Source of the DNA: Bryobacterales bacterium
Lineage (GTDB): Bacteria > Acidobacteriota > Terriglobia > Bryobacterales > UBA6623
Length of the DNA stretch: 64,000 nt
Assembly: GCA_965224215.1 (NCBI GenBank)
Contig: CBDCYS010000027.1
Span: 10,304-74,303 of the forward strand
Direction: 5' to 3'
Program-made: the position numbers and the translations under genes
Shown: one piece after another, positions 21,357 to 31,526 of the stretch
Layout of the letters: the number at the start of each line of letters is the position of its first letter
How positions within the stretch are numbered: the stretch's first letter is position 1
The notes under the pieces: model-generated
Databases searched by the model: none
Seen by the model: the letters and a program-made list of their open reading frames with translations, nothing else
What the model was told of the DNA's origin: nothing

Positions 21357-22967
21357 TCAGTCTCGCAGCGCAAATGTAAATAAAGAGTGGCCGGCGCCCA
21401 CCGAAATGTACTGCTTGCCGTCGACCATATAACTCATGGGCGAGTTGGTCATCCGCCCGCCCAGATTGACTCTCCAGAGCAACTTGCCTGAATAGGCGTC
21501 CAGAGCGATGAACTGACCTTGCATAGTGCCGGAAAACAGTACGTCTCCCGCCGTGGAGATGAGCCCGCTCTCGGAAACTTCCACCATCTTGAATTCCCAC
21601 TCGACATCGCCGGTCTCGGGGTCCAGGGCTCGAACCGCACCATAGCCGGGTTCCTCTTCCCCCAACACATCGGGATAGACTGCCTGCGGCAGGCTGCCAA
21701 CGTAGCGATTGCCTCGAGTGTAGGTGGGATCGCCTTTGTGGTAGACGCCGGGATAGCTCTCCCAAACGGCCAAGTAGAAGAGCCCTGTCCGCCCGCTATA
21801 GGTGGGCGAGTACCAATTGGTCCCGCCCATGGAGCTTGGATAGACCTTTGTGCCCTCACGGCTGGGTCCCATGCCGGGGATTTTGATCGGCCGGCCCTTT
21901 GCGTCCAAACCTTTCGCCCAGTTTTGGTGCACAAACGCCTTGCCGAGCAGGAACTCGCCGGTCTTGCGGTCCAAAACGTAGAAGAAGCCGTTGCGGTTAC
22001 CCCACAGCATCAGCTTGCGTTGGCGGCCCTTGAATTCACGGTCGACCAGCACCGGGATCTGCGCCGAGTCCCAGTCCCACAGATCGTGCGGGGTGAACTG
22101 GTAGTACCACTGCAGCTTTCCGTTGTCGGGATTCAGCGCAATGACGGAATCGGTGTAAAGGTTGTCACCCTTGCGGACGTCGCCGTTCCAGTCGGGGCCG
22201 GGGTTGCCGATTCCCCAGTAGATCAAGTTCAGCTCGGGGTCGTAGGAGCCCGTCAGCCATGCTGACCCTCCGCCACGCTCCCAGGAATCCCCTTCCCAAG
22301 TTTCGTGACCGGGTTCGCCGGGTCCGGGGATCGTGTAGAAACGCCAAAGTTTTTTGCCGCTGGTCGCCTCGTAGGCTTCCAGAAATCCCCGGATGCCGTA
22401 CTCACCGCCGGCCGTGCCGATAATGACTTTGTCCTTGACGACGAGCGGCGCCAGGGTGATCGAGTAGCCGGCCTTGTAGTCCATGACGGTGACGTCCCAT
22501 TTGACCGCGCCCGTTTTGGCGTCGAAAGCCATCAAACGCCCGTCGACGGTTCCCATAAACAGGGTGTCTCCCAGGATCGCCAGGCCGCGATTCACGCGCC
22601 CGCAACAGACGTTGACCCTTTGGGGCAGGTTATGGGAGTACTTCCAGTAGACCCTGCCGGTACCGGCATCCAGCGCTACGATGTCGTTCGGCGGCTGCGT
22701 GAGATACATCACGCCGTCGACGACAAGCGGAGTCGGTTGAAACTTGTCAAGAGATTCAGACTGAAAGACCCACTGCAGCTCGAGGTTCTTGACGTTTTCG
22801 CGCTGAACCTGATTGAGCTTGCTGAATCGCTGACTCTTGTAGCTGCCCGAATAGGTGAGCCAGTTTTCGGGCTCGTTCTCGGCGTTAAGGAGACGTTCGG
22901 AAGTAACCTGAGCAGACAGCGCCACGGCGCAAGCCGGCAGCAAGATGAACAGACGAAACGATTTCAT
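21357..22967 (-). CDS. PQQ-dependent dehydrogenase, methanol/ethanol family
   Basis: Signal peptide, vicinal CC (VCCGRVNRG), GGEYG, GNPGP, PHDLWDWD and W-containing propeller repeats. Confidence 0.93.
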   Translation of the reverse strand: MKSFRLFILLPACAVALSAQVTSERLLNAENEPENWLTYSGSYKSQRFSKLNQVQRENVKNLELQWVFQSESLDKFQPTPLVVDGVMYLTQPPNDIVALDAGTGRVYWKYSHNLPQRVNVCCGRVNRGLAILGDTLFMGTVDGRLMAFDAKTGAVKWDVTVMDYKAGYSITLAPLVVKDKVIIGTAGGEYGIRGFLEAYEATSGKKLWRFYTIPGPGEPGHETWEGDSWERGGGSAWLTGSYDPELNLIYWGIGNPGPDWNGDVRKGDNLYTDSVIALNPDNGKLQWYYQFTPHDLWDWDSAQIPVLVDREFKGRQRKLMLWGNRNGFFYVLDRKTGEFLLGKAFVHQNWAKGLDAKGRPIKIPGMGPSREGTKVYPSSMGGTNWYSPTYSGRTGLFYLAVWESYPGVYHKGDPTYTRGNRYVGSLPQAVYPDVLGEEEPGYGAVRALDPETGDVEWEFKMVEVSESGLISTAGDVLFSGTMQGQFIALDAYSGKLLWRVNLGGRMTNSPMSYMVDGKQYISVGAGHSLFTFALRD

Positions 22968-23540
22968 CGGCTCACCACCTTTCGTCGTAGACTCACCAGA
23001 TACGCCCCGATGTCATCGATCTCGCCCTCGCTGAGTACCCCTTCGTAAGAGGGCATCGCCGACTTCTTGATGATCTTGTGGCTCTGAAGCCCCGCGCGGC
23101 CGCCCTCGCCGCCCACCATGTGGCATTGGAGACACCCTCCGTTGCCGCCGACCAGCACCGCGGCCGGCGTCTCCGGGGCGCTGGATGCCCTTCGATTTCT
23201 CGCTCAGTGACCGCACGAAGGCGACGATCTGCCTCATCTGCCAGCCTGCGAAAAAGATAGCCGGCATTTCCGACCCTGGGATTCCTGCCGAGATCGTACG
23301 GTAAAGGTCCTGATCGATACCACCGTGCCGGAAGTTTCCGGTAGCGAGATCAGGGCCGCGTCCGCTGTCCTTTCCGTCGATGCCACAGCAGTTCGCACAG
23401 TGAGAGCGGAAAATGCGGCCCCCGGCTGGCCACATCTTGCGGGGAAGTGGAACGGTTGCGGACCCGTGCCTTCTTGGGCCGCAAGCGGAACCGCTAGGCC
23501 GGCGGCCAAGACTAGCAGATTCCGCCCTCTCAAGCAACAC
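22964..23540 (-). pseudogene. c-type cytochrome partner of the PQQ enzyme, decayed
   Basis: Fragments in different frames: IFRSHCANCCG.DG..GRGPDL..GIPGSEMP, then CLQCHMVGG.GG and SAMPSY..LSEGEIDDIGAYLVSL. Overlaps the PQQ gene start. Confidence 0.75.
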
Positions 23541-24118
23541 CTCCTGCGCACAGATTGCTTTTTGATAACCCGGCCGGCAGGGTTTGCAAGGCAATCGCCT
23601 TTGCCGTCAACCACGCGCCGGTCTGTTTATCTTAGCTTACTGGGAAACGGCCTTGCAGCTGGTGGCAGATGGGTAAAATCCTGGTCAGAATCGTTGCACT
23701 GGAACGCCCATCAGGCCTATACCATCGGCGGGCCACGGGCCCCCGATCGCTAGTCCTCATTGCAAGTCTTGCGTTCACCTATTTTTTTGACTTCCATCTC
23801 TTTGCCAATCGGAGCTCGGCGGCGGACCGGGAGGTCGAATTTTACGAACCTACCTTTGACGCAGTCTTCTGCAGGGCCAGCGGCCCCGGCTCTCGCCCAA
23901 TGTACCGCCGATGTGAATGGCTTCATGGAGGTGGAAGTAAACGCCCCTTCTACTCCGAGGCCCGGTGACAGTGGAGGCGTCAGGACCCTTGACGGTAACA
24001 GCTACTTCGCCGCTTATCTGAACCAACCTCCGGATCCCTGCGGGATCGTCGCAGGGGAGATGGAAGGAACCTCAGTGGTTCCAGCACAGACGGAATCGAC
24101 GGTTTGGAGAGGCTTGCT

Positions 24119-25330
24119 TCACCGGACCCACTCGAGCGCCTTCGTCAAATGGAAGACACTCATGCTGGCAATCAGTAAGACAATGGTCCAACCTAGGATG
24201 TTCGCCGTTGGACCGTTCTTGTATTTCCCTAAGAGATCGCCACGGTTCATAACCAGCAACAAGAACACCGCGCACACCGGGAGCATCAGGCCATTGGCCA
24301 CTTGAGCAAGAAGAATGGCCGCCACCGGGCGTGTGCCGGTCACCGCCAAGGCGGCTCCGATAGCGACGATCGTGATCCAGACGGCGCGAAACCCGCGGTC
24401 CTGGAGCCCGCCTTTCCATCCCATCACTCCTGTGATGGCGTACGCCGCCGCCAGCGGAGCAGTCACCGTACTGCTGAGCCCTGCTGCCAGCAAGCCCATC
24501 GAAAAAAACCAGTTGGCGCCCTGACCCAACAGCGGCTCGAGCTGAGTTGCCATAACGCCCGCGTTTCGAATTTCCACGCCGCTGTCAAAGAATGCCGCGG
24601 CCGCAGTGGCTGTGATCGCCATCGTGATGACGCCGCCGATGCCAATGGCAAGCGCCGCATCCCATCGGGCCTCGCTGAGTGCCCGCTCCCTCGGTATCGG
24701 ATCAGGCCATTTTTCTCGAACGGAGCTGGCGTGGAGAAAAAGGTTGTAAGGAACCACGGTCGTACCAATCAGCGCAATCACGGTCACCAAGGCTCCCGGC
24801 TCGATGCTTGGAATCAACACTCCCACCATCATGGTTTCGACGTCGGGTTGTACAAGCAGCATCGTCAGAAGAAACACGAGGCCCATGAGTCCCACAAGCA
24901 AGATCAAGAAACGTTCAATGAACCGATAGGCTCCCGTAGCAAGCACCCATGCCCCGCCGGCAGCAACCGTGAGAGCCCACAGGCTTCGCGGGAGACCGCT
25001 GAGGACCTCAAGCCCCATCGCCGCGCCGAGGATATTGCCTGCCTCGTACGCGGCGTTGCCAAAGCCGATCGCCACGATGACTAAAGCGGTCGTCGCCCCG
25101 CGCAAGACGGGCTGGTTAAACGTGGATCGCAGAGCTTCCGCAAGACCCTGACCGCTGATTAAGCCGAGGCGGGCGGACATCTCCTGCAGCACGAGAGTCG
25201 CCACCACCGCGAATACGATGGCCCAAAGCAAACTAAAGCCAAACTGCGCTCCGGCTACACTTGCTGTCGTGATGGTCCCTGGGCCGATGAACGCGGCCGC
25301 CACCACCAGACCGGGACCGAAGCGTCTCAT
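24119..25330 (-). CDS. Nramp-family divalent cation transporter
   Basis: GPGLVVAAAFIGPG, LQEMSARLG, GNAAYEAGN, IGTTVVPYNLFLH and multiple TM helices. Confidence 0.9.
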   Translation of the reverse strand: MRRFGPGLVVAAAFIGPGTITTASVAGAQFGFSLLWAIVFAVVATLVLQEMSARLGLISGQGLAEALRSTFNQPVLRGATTALVIVAIGFGNAAYEAGNILGAAMGLEVLSGLPRSLWALTVAAGGAWVLATGAYRFIERFLILLVGLMGLVFLLTMLLVQPDVETMMVGVLIPSIEPGALVTVIALIGTTVVPYNLFLHASSVREKWPDPIPRERALSEARWDAALAIGIGGVITMAITATAAAAFFDSGVEIRNAGVMATQLEPLLGQGANWFFSMGLLAAGLSSTVTAPLAAAYAITGVMGWKGGLQDRGFRAVWITIVAIGAALAVTGTRPVAAILLAQVANGLMLPVCAVFLLLVMNRGDLLGKYKNGPTANILGWTIVLLIASMSVFHLTKALEWVR

Positions 25331-25532
25331 CTCGGCCTAGAACCGGCGAAGCTGTCATGAGCCGCCATGTGGCTTTGGTGGACAGCTGATCTGAGCCCAC
25401 TACTCAGAAGCTTTTTCTAACCCAAAGAGCCGTCCCTAATTCATTATTAGTCGAGCTTCGTATCCCCAACCTTTGTACACCACACCCATTGTCGCCGAGT
25501 TTCTCGGTGATGCGGTAGTGCGAGATGGTTTG

Positions 25533-25795
25533 GGGGTGCGCGACATAAAGTGAGCATTTCAGCAGTTTCTTTATTGTGGCCTATATCCTTGCGTATCTAT
25601 TACGCTAGGAACCAGGAGGCCGCTTCCATGTCTGATTCCCTCGAGCAACTGCAGCAACAGCGCACTCAAATCATCCACCAGATCAGCGAGCTGGGCGATC
25701 TGCGCCCCGGTTCGATCACCAGCACCTCGGGGCGTTGCGGCAAACCAAGCTGCCGATGCCATCGCCCCGGTCAACCGGGGCACGGTCCCCATTCC
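25533..25795 (+). pseudogene. Left-end relic of an ISKra4-like element with its accessory small gene (DUF6788-like) truncated
   Basis: ATG25628 gives MSDSLEQL..GDLRPGSI....RCGKPSCRCH....GHGPH, then similarity stops. An upstream GGGGTGCGCGACATAAA resembles a terminal repeat. Confidence 0.6.
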
Positions 25796-26059
25796 TGGGG
25801 GGTCTGCGCCTCAAGCTCCAGCGGCCGCATGGTTCGGCCGACCATCGATAGGGAGATTGTACCACTACCGGATACCTGGTGGTGGCATTGTCAAGTTAAC
25901 GGATCACAAGCTGACACGGCCCCAAGAAAAGAAGAACCAGACGAGTCATCTTGTGGGTGAGCCTACGACAATCTCCCGGAGAAGCAACCCGGCCAGCGGT
26001 TCTCGGCAACCTGGTACTCGGCTGCCCCGTCTCTCGCGCGACGGCGTCGATGAGGTTGC

Positions 26060-27665
26060 GATCACGTCATAGTTCTCGTGCAGCCCGCCGTTCTTGATCT
26101 CGGCGTCGAACAGCGACGTGTAGGGGAACGCAAACCGCTCCAGCAGCCAGCGCGTCCAGCCCTCGTCCATGTTGCCGCCCAGATAGCGCTGATACATACC
26201 AATGCGAAGGCGCTTCACATCGTGCGTTCCTTCGCTGACATCTCCCGAAAACGCGGCGAAGTCCACACCGGTTTCCCTGGCTATTTCGGCGAGGGTGGAC
26301 GCTTGCGCGCGCACAACCAGGAAATCTCCAGGTCTCAAGCCCTCCGTCGGCTGATCCACGCGGCGCACCGAAGCACCCTTCTCCAGCAGCAGATTCAACG
26401 CCTTGAAACTGTCGTTGAACCGTCCGTCGAACGAGTACCCGCCTGTGCCGGCGGCCACCGTGCCCGCCGACTGGATCTCACCCTCCACCTTCTGAAGGTC
26501 GGCCTCACCCGTCTCGTCGAGCGCATCGACTCGCACCCCCATGAACTCGAACATCGTGTCCGTCGCCATGTCGTAAGGCCGCTTTGGTGAGCCGTCCCCG
26601 TTCCGCGTCCATTCATTGTCCGGATACCTCGTTCGCCCCAGCAAATAGCGAATCAGCCCCATCTTGGGCTGCGCCAACGAGACAACGTAGGACCCTTCCG
26701 GGTAGCTCATGCCATTCGCCGCCACAAACCCCGCTTGCGCCCGCATGACCTCGATACTCTGGCCCAGCAGCTTGTTAACCATCTTCACGGCCGTCAGACG
26801 GTCGTGTTGGCTTGCCGAAATCACGTACGCGGCCGGCCGGCCCGCAGCCCCGCGCTCGGTATGTCTCTTGGCCTTCAGGTAGGCGTTCCGAAGCACCGTT
26901 TCCCGGTTGCGCGCGGCCAAGTCCAACGGCGCCCAGGCCGAGACCTTCTGCCGCTCAACGATATCCCTCAGCCGCCACCACCCGCCCAGCCAGGGGTTGG
27001 GAAACGTCGTCTGCATGTCGTAGCTGGGCATCGCCAGCCTGCCGCCTCGCAACTGTTCCGGATGAATATAGAGCGGCGTCGCCAGGCTGGCGCTCGCCGA
27101 CTCGGTCAGCATGCCCGCGATGTTGTGGAACGGCGTGATCCAGTGAAAGCCAAAATGCCCCCAGCCCGCGTATATCGCCGCGTTAATCACCCCCGAAAGC
27201 CCCGCTTCCTCCTCTTTGTAGGCAATGTGAGCGCCATACCAGCTCATCTCGCGCCACACCAGCGGGTCCGCATACGGACGAACCGGCTCAGCGTAGGGGG
27301 GCACGTAAATCCGTGCGCCGTAGCTGCGCATGTGGTGGTGGTCCAGATATGCCTGCGGCTTCCACTCGCGGAACAGAATCTTTCCAACATACTGCGACTC
27401 CACCACGTTCGCCTGGAAGGCGTCACGATTGTTGTCGTGCCCCACGTACTTGTGATAAAGCCACGGCAGATTCGAGCCTTCGTACTCCGTGTCCAGCATC
27501 TTGCGGTACCAGTCGGTGACCATGATCTGCCCGTCGGGGTTGAACGAAGGCACGATCAAAGAAACTACGTTGTCCAAGATCCGCTGCGTCTCGTCGTCCC
27601 CTCGCGTAAGCAGATCATAGGTCAGCTCCGGCGCCATCTGGCTCCCGCCGATCTCAGCGGCACCG
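26060..27665 (-). pseudogene. M14 zinc carboxypeptidase-family protein fragment, truncated at both ends
   Basis: EIGGSQM, PSFNPDG, GHDNNRD, DHHHM, GMLTESAS, MDEGWTRWLLE. The N-terminal Zn-ligand region and the C-terminus are missing. Confidence 0.8.
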
Positions 27666-27807
27666 AAATACCGACATCCCACCGCGATAAAACCAACACA
27701 GTACCCTGCGATACTACGTTATACGGTCACGAGTGGCTTAAAACTGGTTTCGAGATGCGCGACGCTGGTACTGGCGAGGTGATAGCGGCCGGTGGTTACT
27801 GTTTTCT

Positions 27808-28773
27808 TCACAGCCCGAGCCGAGCAGCAGCATTCTCCCGGAACAAGCTACCCTCCCGAATATAGCGACGCACCATCTTCAACGAGCGGTGTCCCGTCTG
27901 GTTCATGATGCTGCGTTCACTTGCGCCGTTGGCGGCCGCTTGCGTGGCATGGCCCGATCGTAGACTGTGGCCGGCGTAGGTGCTAGCGGCCTTCCCCAAC
28001 GTCTCCGCATAGCGTTTTACCACCAGCGCGACGCTCTGGGCCGTCAGTCGTTGTGGCTTTATTTGGCCGTGGCGGTTGACCGGGCGGAAGACGGGGCCGC
28101 AGTCGATCCCGGCCGCCTCTAGCCAAGCCCTCATCGACCGCACCGGGCAGGTCTCAGGATTCGACCCGTAGGGAACTCCAACCTTGCGGCCTTCGCCCTC
28201 TTGGTCGGTCTTGGACCGCCGTAGGGTGACCACTAGGCCGTCGTCTGTGAAGCTCAGGTCCTCCACGTCCAGCCCTACCAATTCCGAGCGCCGGAAAGCG
28301 CCGGCGAACCCGGCAAGCAGCAACGCCCGATCGCGGAAGCCGAGTAGTCCATCGGGCAGGGCCGCGATCATCGAGCGGATATCCGCAGTGAGGACTGGCT
28401 TCTTGCCGTCCTGTGCGGTCCCTTTCGACCGGCGGATCCCGGCCATGAGCGTGCGAATCTTGATATCGCTGGTGGGCGAGGGGTGGCCGGCCATCTGATG
28501 AGCTTGCGAGATGGCCGTAACCCGACGCTCCAGCGTGGATACCTTGGCGCAGGTGGAGAGCCTCGCAAGATAGATTGCGAGTGTTGCAACGGAAGCGGGA
28601 AGCGATGTTAGTTTGCGCTCGGCACACCAGTCCTCGAAGTGTCTCCAATCCGAGCGGTACGCCCGGACGGTGCTTGGTGCTTTTGCTTGGCTGATGAATT
28701 TGTTGGCCTGCCGGGTAGCAACGGCAAGCGAGTCCGCGTGCTGGCTTTTAGTGAGGGACAGAGCGTTTTCCAT
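27808..28773 (-). CDS. Cre/resolvase-like tyrosine recombinase
   Basis: T.RAYRSDW, RDRALLL.GF.GAFRRSEL, RSKTDQEG, GHSLRSG, TGHRS...RRY; intact ORF. Confidence 0.92.
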   Translation of the reverse strand: MENALSLTKSQHADSLAVATRQANKFISQAKAPSTVRAYRSDWRHFEDWCAERKLTSLPASVATLAIYLARLSTCAKVSTLERRVTAISQAHQMAGHPSPTSDIKIRTLMAGIRRSKGTAQDGKKPVLTADIRSMIAALPDGLLGFRDRALLLAGFAGAFRRSELVGLDVEDLSFTDDGLVVTLRRSKTDQEGEGRKVGVPYGSNPETCPVRSMRAWLEAAGIDCGPVFRPVNRHGQIKPQRLTAQSVALVVKRYAETLGKAASTYAGHSLRSGHATQAAANGASERSIMNQTGHRSLKMVRRYIREGSLFRENAAARLGL

Positions 28774-28793
28774 GGTGTGTTTCTCTTCGTCTG

Positions 28794-28822
28794 ACTATCG
28801 ATAACGTTCCCTTATCAATAGT
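28794..28822. promoter_or_regulatory. Putative recombinase binding/crossover (res/lox-like) site
   Basis: ACTATCGATAA-CGTTCCC-TTATCAATAGT: 11-bp inverted arms (1 mismatch) with a 7-bp asymmetric spacer, 20 bp upstream of the recombinase. Confidence 0.6.
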
Positions 28823-28867
28823 GAGAATAGCACTTGCTTAATCAACGGTCAAGTGGTATTCTAGGCT

Positions 28868-29110
28868 GTGATGAAGAAAAAAGCCCGGCAACAAATGCCC
28901 GCCAGCCGGATTGTCACGAGTTCTATCGGTATGCCGGAATCCACTTGGCTGCTGCTGCGGGCCGTGGCCTTCAAACGCGCTGCCGCGAAAGGGGGCAGGG
29001 CCAGTGTTAGCGCCCTGCTCGTAGAGCTTGTGGAACGCAATCGGAAGAGCTTCGAGCGGGAAGCCGGGGATTACCTCAAGCTGATGACGAAAGATCAGAG
29101 GCCGGACTGA
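28868..29110 (+). CDS. Small basic protein, ribbon-helix-helix-like
   Basis: VTSSIGMP (strand), then helices W.LLR.VA and SVSALLVELVE. Divergent from the recombinase. Confidence 0.55.
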   Translation: MMKKKARQQMPASRIVTSSIGMPESTWLLLRAVAFKRAAAKGGRASVSALLVELVERNRKSFEREAGDYLKLMTKDQRPD

Positions 29111-29270
29111 GCGTCCGCTGAACCGGCGGGCAATGTTTAACCTTTAGCGGCCCCCGAGGGTGCTACCAACACCCCCGAGGGCCTACAACCCCACACGGGA
29201 TGAGCGTGTTAGGGCTGCTACCCCCTATTCTCTCCAAAACCGTGTGGGCTCCAACCAAACGGAGTCCACA

Positions 29271-29480
29271 ATGAACCCAGAAAACGAACAAGCGCTGAAC
29301 GAGACCCGTACCTGGGTCGTCGATGAGGCAAACGGCCTTTCCGAACTCGAAACGCGACTGAATCACTTGGAGGACGAAGGTTTTTCGGTCCATCGAGTCT
29401 TTCTGCTGCGCGGACTACAACCGCAATTTGTCATCCTGGCGCGTCGCGGTGAAAGAGGCGTCCCCAGAAGGCCACCCTAA
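29271..29480 (+). CDS. Hypothetical small protein
   Basis: GGAG RBS before ATG29271; ELETRLNHLEDEGFSVHRVF. Confidence 0.5.
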   Translation: MNPENEQALNETRTWVVDEANGLSELETRLNHLEDEGFSVHRVFLLRGLQPQFVILARRGERGVPRRPP

Positions 29481-30347
29481 GAGGGCAATGAGAAAGACTG
29501 CTGCCAGTCAATGCGAGCCGAGAAGTGAGGGGGGCGAGTTGATGCTGCTTCTCCGTCCCGCCAGTGCCCCACGAAAGCCTCGATAGCACGCTGAAACCGA
29601 ATACCTTCACGCTAACCGTCGCTGACCGCAGGCAGGGGTATAAGTTTTCTGCAAATTTTCACTTGCAGGTGTACAATCATGGCCGAAAATGGCGAGATCT
29701 CCACAGGCGGGGTATTTGTCAATAGCCGTTTTCGTGAGTATACGGTACCCCAACCTTGCTGGGGGATCACCCCAGAAGGCGTGTCCTGGGCAGGATTTAC
29801 CAGGACTGCTTGACACAAGTGTTACCTGAATTATGCACTGCGGCGTGGACCTGAGGAGGGCTGAGCCGCAAGAGACCATTTGGGACCCCCGAAAACATGG
29901 GGTAAAAAGGTAGGCTGGCAAAGATCCCAGCTTCGCCAGCCAACCCCAAGGAGGTCACCCACATGGTTACCAGACGAAAACAGCATAGCTCCCAAAGGCC
30001 CGTCCAACAAGGCCCAGCCGTGACGGCCTCGCGGCCCAATAAAATCGGGGCTTCGACGCCTTACCACTTCCGCGGCAGGAAGCCGACTCCCTACGGCGGC
30101 TTGCTGCCGGTGGTCGGGAGGGCGCTGATCTGAGAGCCTGGCTATGCGCTATGCATAAAATTTTATGCACTAGCCGTAACGCACGGGAAACACGTCACTT
30201 CCGAGCGAGGTTTTGACGACGCGGATTCTGGGCGGGAAGGGAAACCGGACACGGAGAAGCCAAAAGGCCAGTTGCCGAGCTACCACCTCACGACGACCGC
30301 CAACCCGCTACGAACGCAGCCACACTCGCAAAGTGAATCTGTGCATA

Positions 30348-31377
30348 TCTGGTTATCCACTTTACTCTAGTGATGAATCAAGCTATCCTTGGACTCGCGC
30401 TGTTGGCGGCGAAGACCGAGTCTGTTGAGCGACGATTTTCCAAAACATCTGGTGGAGTTCACTGAACGGTTTGCCAGCGAGCAAGCTTGCTGCGAGTATC
30501 TGCTCGGTGTCCGCTGGCCAGCGGGGTTCGTTTGTCCGAACTGCTCGGCCACGAAGGGTTGGACGACCCGACGAGGCACGATGTGCTGTAGCGGGTGCCG
30601 ACGCCAGACCTCTCCCACGGCGGGAACCATCCTGCACAACTCGCGGGTGCCGCTGCGGAGTTGGTTTCTGGCCATGTGGCTGGCCTGCACTCAGAAAACA
30701 GGGCTGAGCGCCAAGGGTTTGCAGCGTGAACTCGGTCTGGGCAGCTATCAGACCGCCTGGCTGATGTTGCAGAAGTAGCGGCAGGCGGATGGTTCGGCTG
30801 GGTCGGGAACGGCTGGACGGAAGTGTCGAAGTCGACGAGACTTACTTGGGCGGCAAGGAGAAGCACGTTCGCGGGCGAGAGCTGGTGGGCAAAGCCTTGG
30901 TTGTGGTTGCGGTGGAACTGCAGGGCCGCAAAATGGGGCGAATTCGTCTGCGTCATGTCCCCGACGCATCGGGACCGAGTCTGGTGGGTTTTGTGACCGA
31001 CTGTGTGGCGTCAGGCAGTCTGGTCCATAGCGACGGCTGGAGGGGTTACCGGGGCTTGAAGAAAGCCGGCTATCGCTATCGGGTCACCCACACAGCGGGA
31101 GACTCGCAGATAGCCGCCGAGGAATTCGCGCATGTCCACCTGGTTGCCTCGCTGCTCAAGCGCTGGTTGGTAGCGACGCACCAAGGGAAGGTGAGTAAAG
31201 TGCATCTGCAAGGCTACCTCGATGAATTCACCTTTCGCTTCAACCGTCGAAAGTCCCGCCACGTAGGCAAGATCTTCCACCGACTCGTCGAACAGTTGGT
31301 TCTCCGTAAGGCCTTGACCTATCGAGACATTATCACCAAGCCCCAGCCCACCAACTAGAGTAAAGTGGATAACCAGA
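30348..31377 (+). mobile_element. IS1595-family element type B, copy 2 (nonsense codon plus the same frameshift)
   Basis: Near-identical to 16008-17037; flanking duplication CTGTGCATA; TAG at 30776. Confidence 0.95.
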
Positions 31378-31526
31378 CTGTGCATAATTCAGGTGTTACA
31401 GTATAGTTGCAGGTCCAAAAGAGGAGATTGGATTCTTTTGGGGGTGTACACGAGCGGAAGCGCACCGAGTTCTACAGGGATACAGAGTACGGCTGGAAAC
31501 AAGAACTTTTCGGGGTAGATAAGGAA

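Noticed and set aside
23669-24110. Possible gene fragments between the cytochrome relic and the Nramp gene
   Set aside because: Short protein-like stretches occur in several frames, but no family could be recognised.
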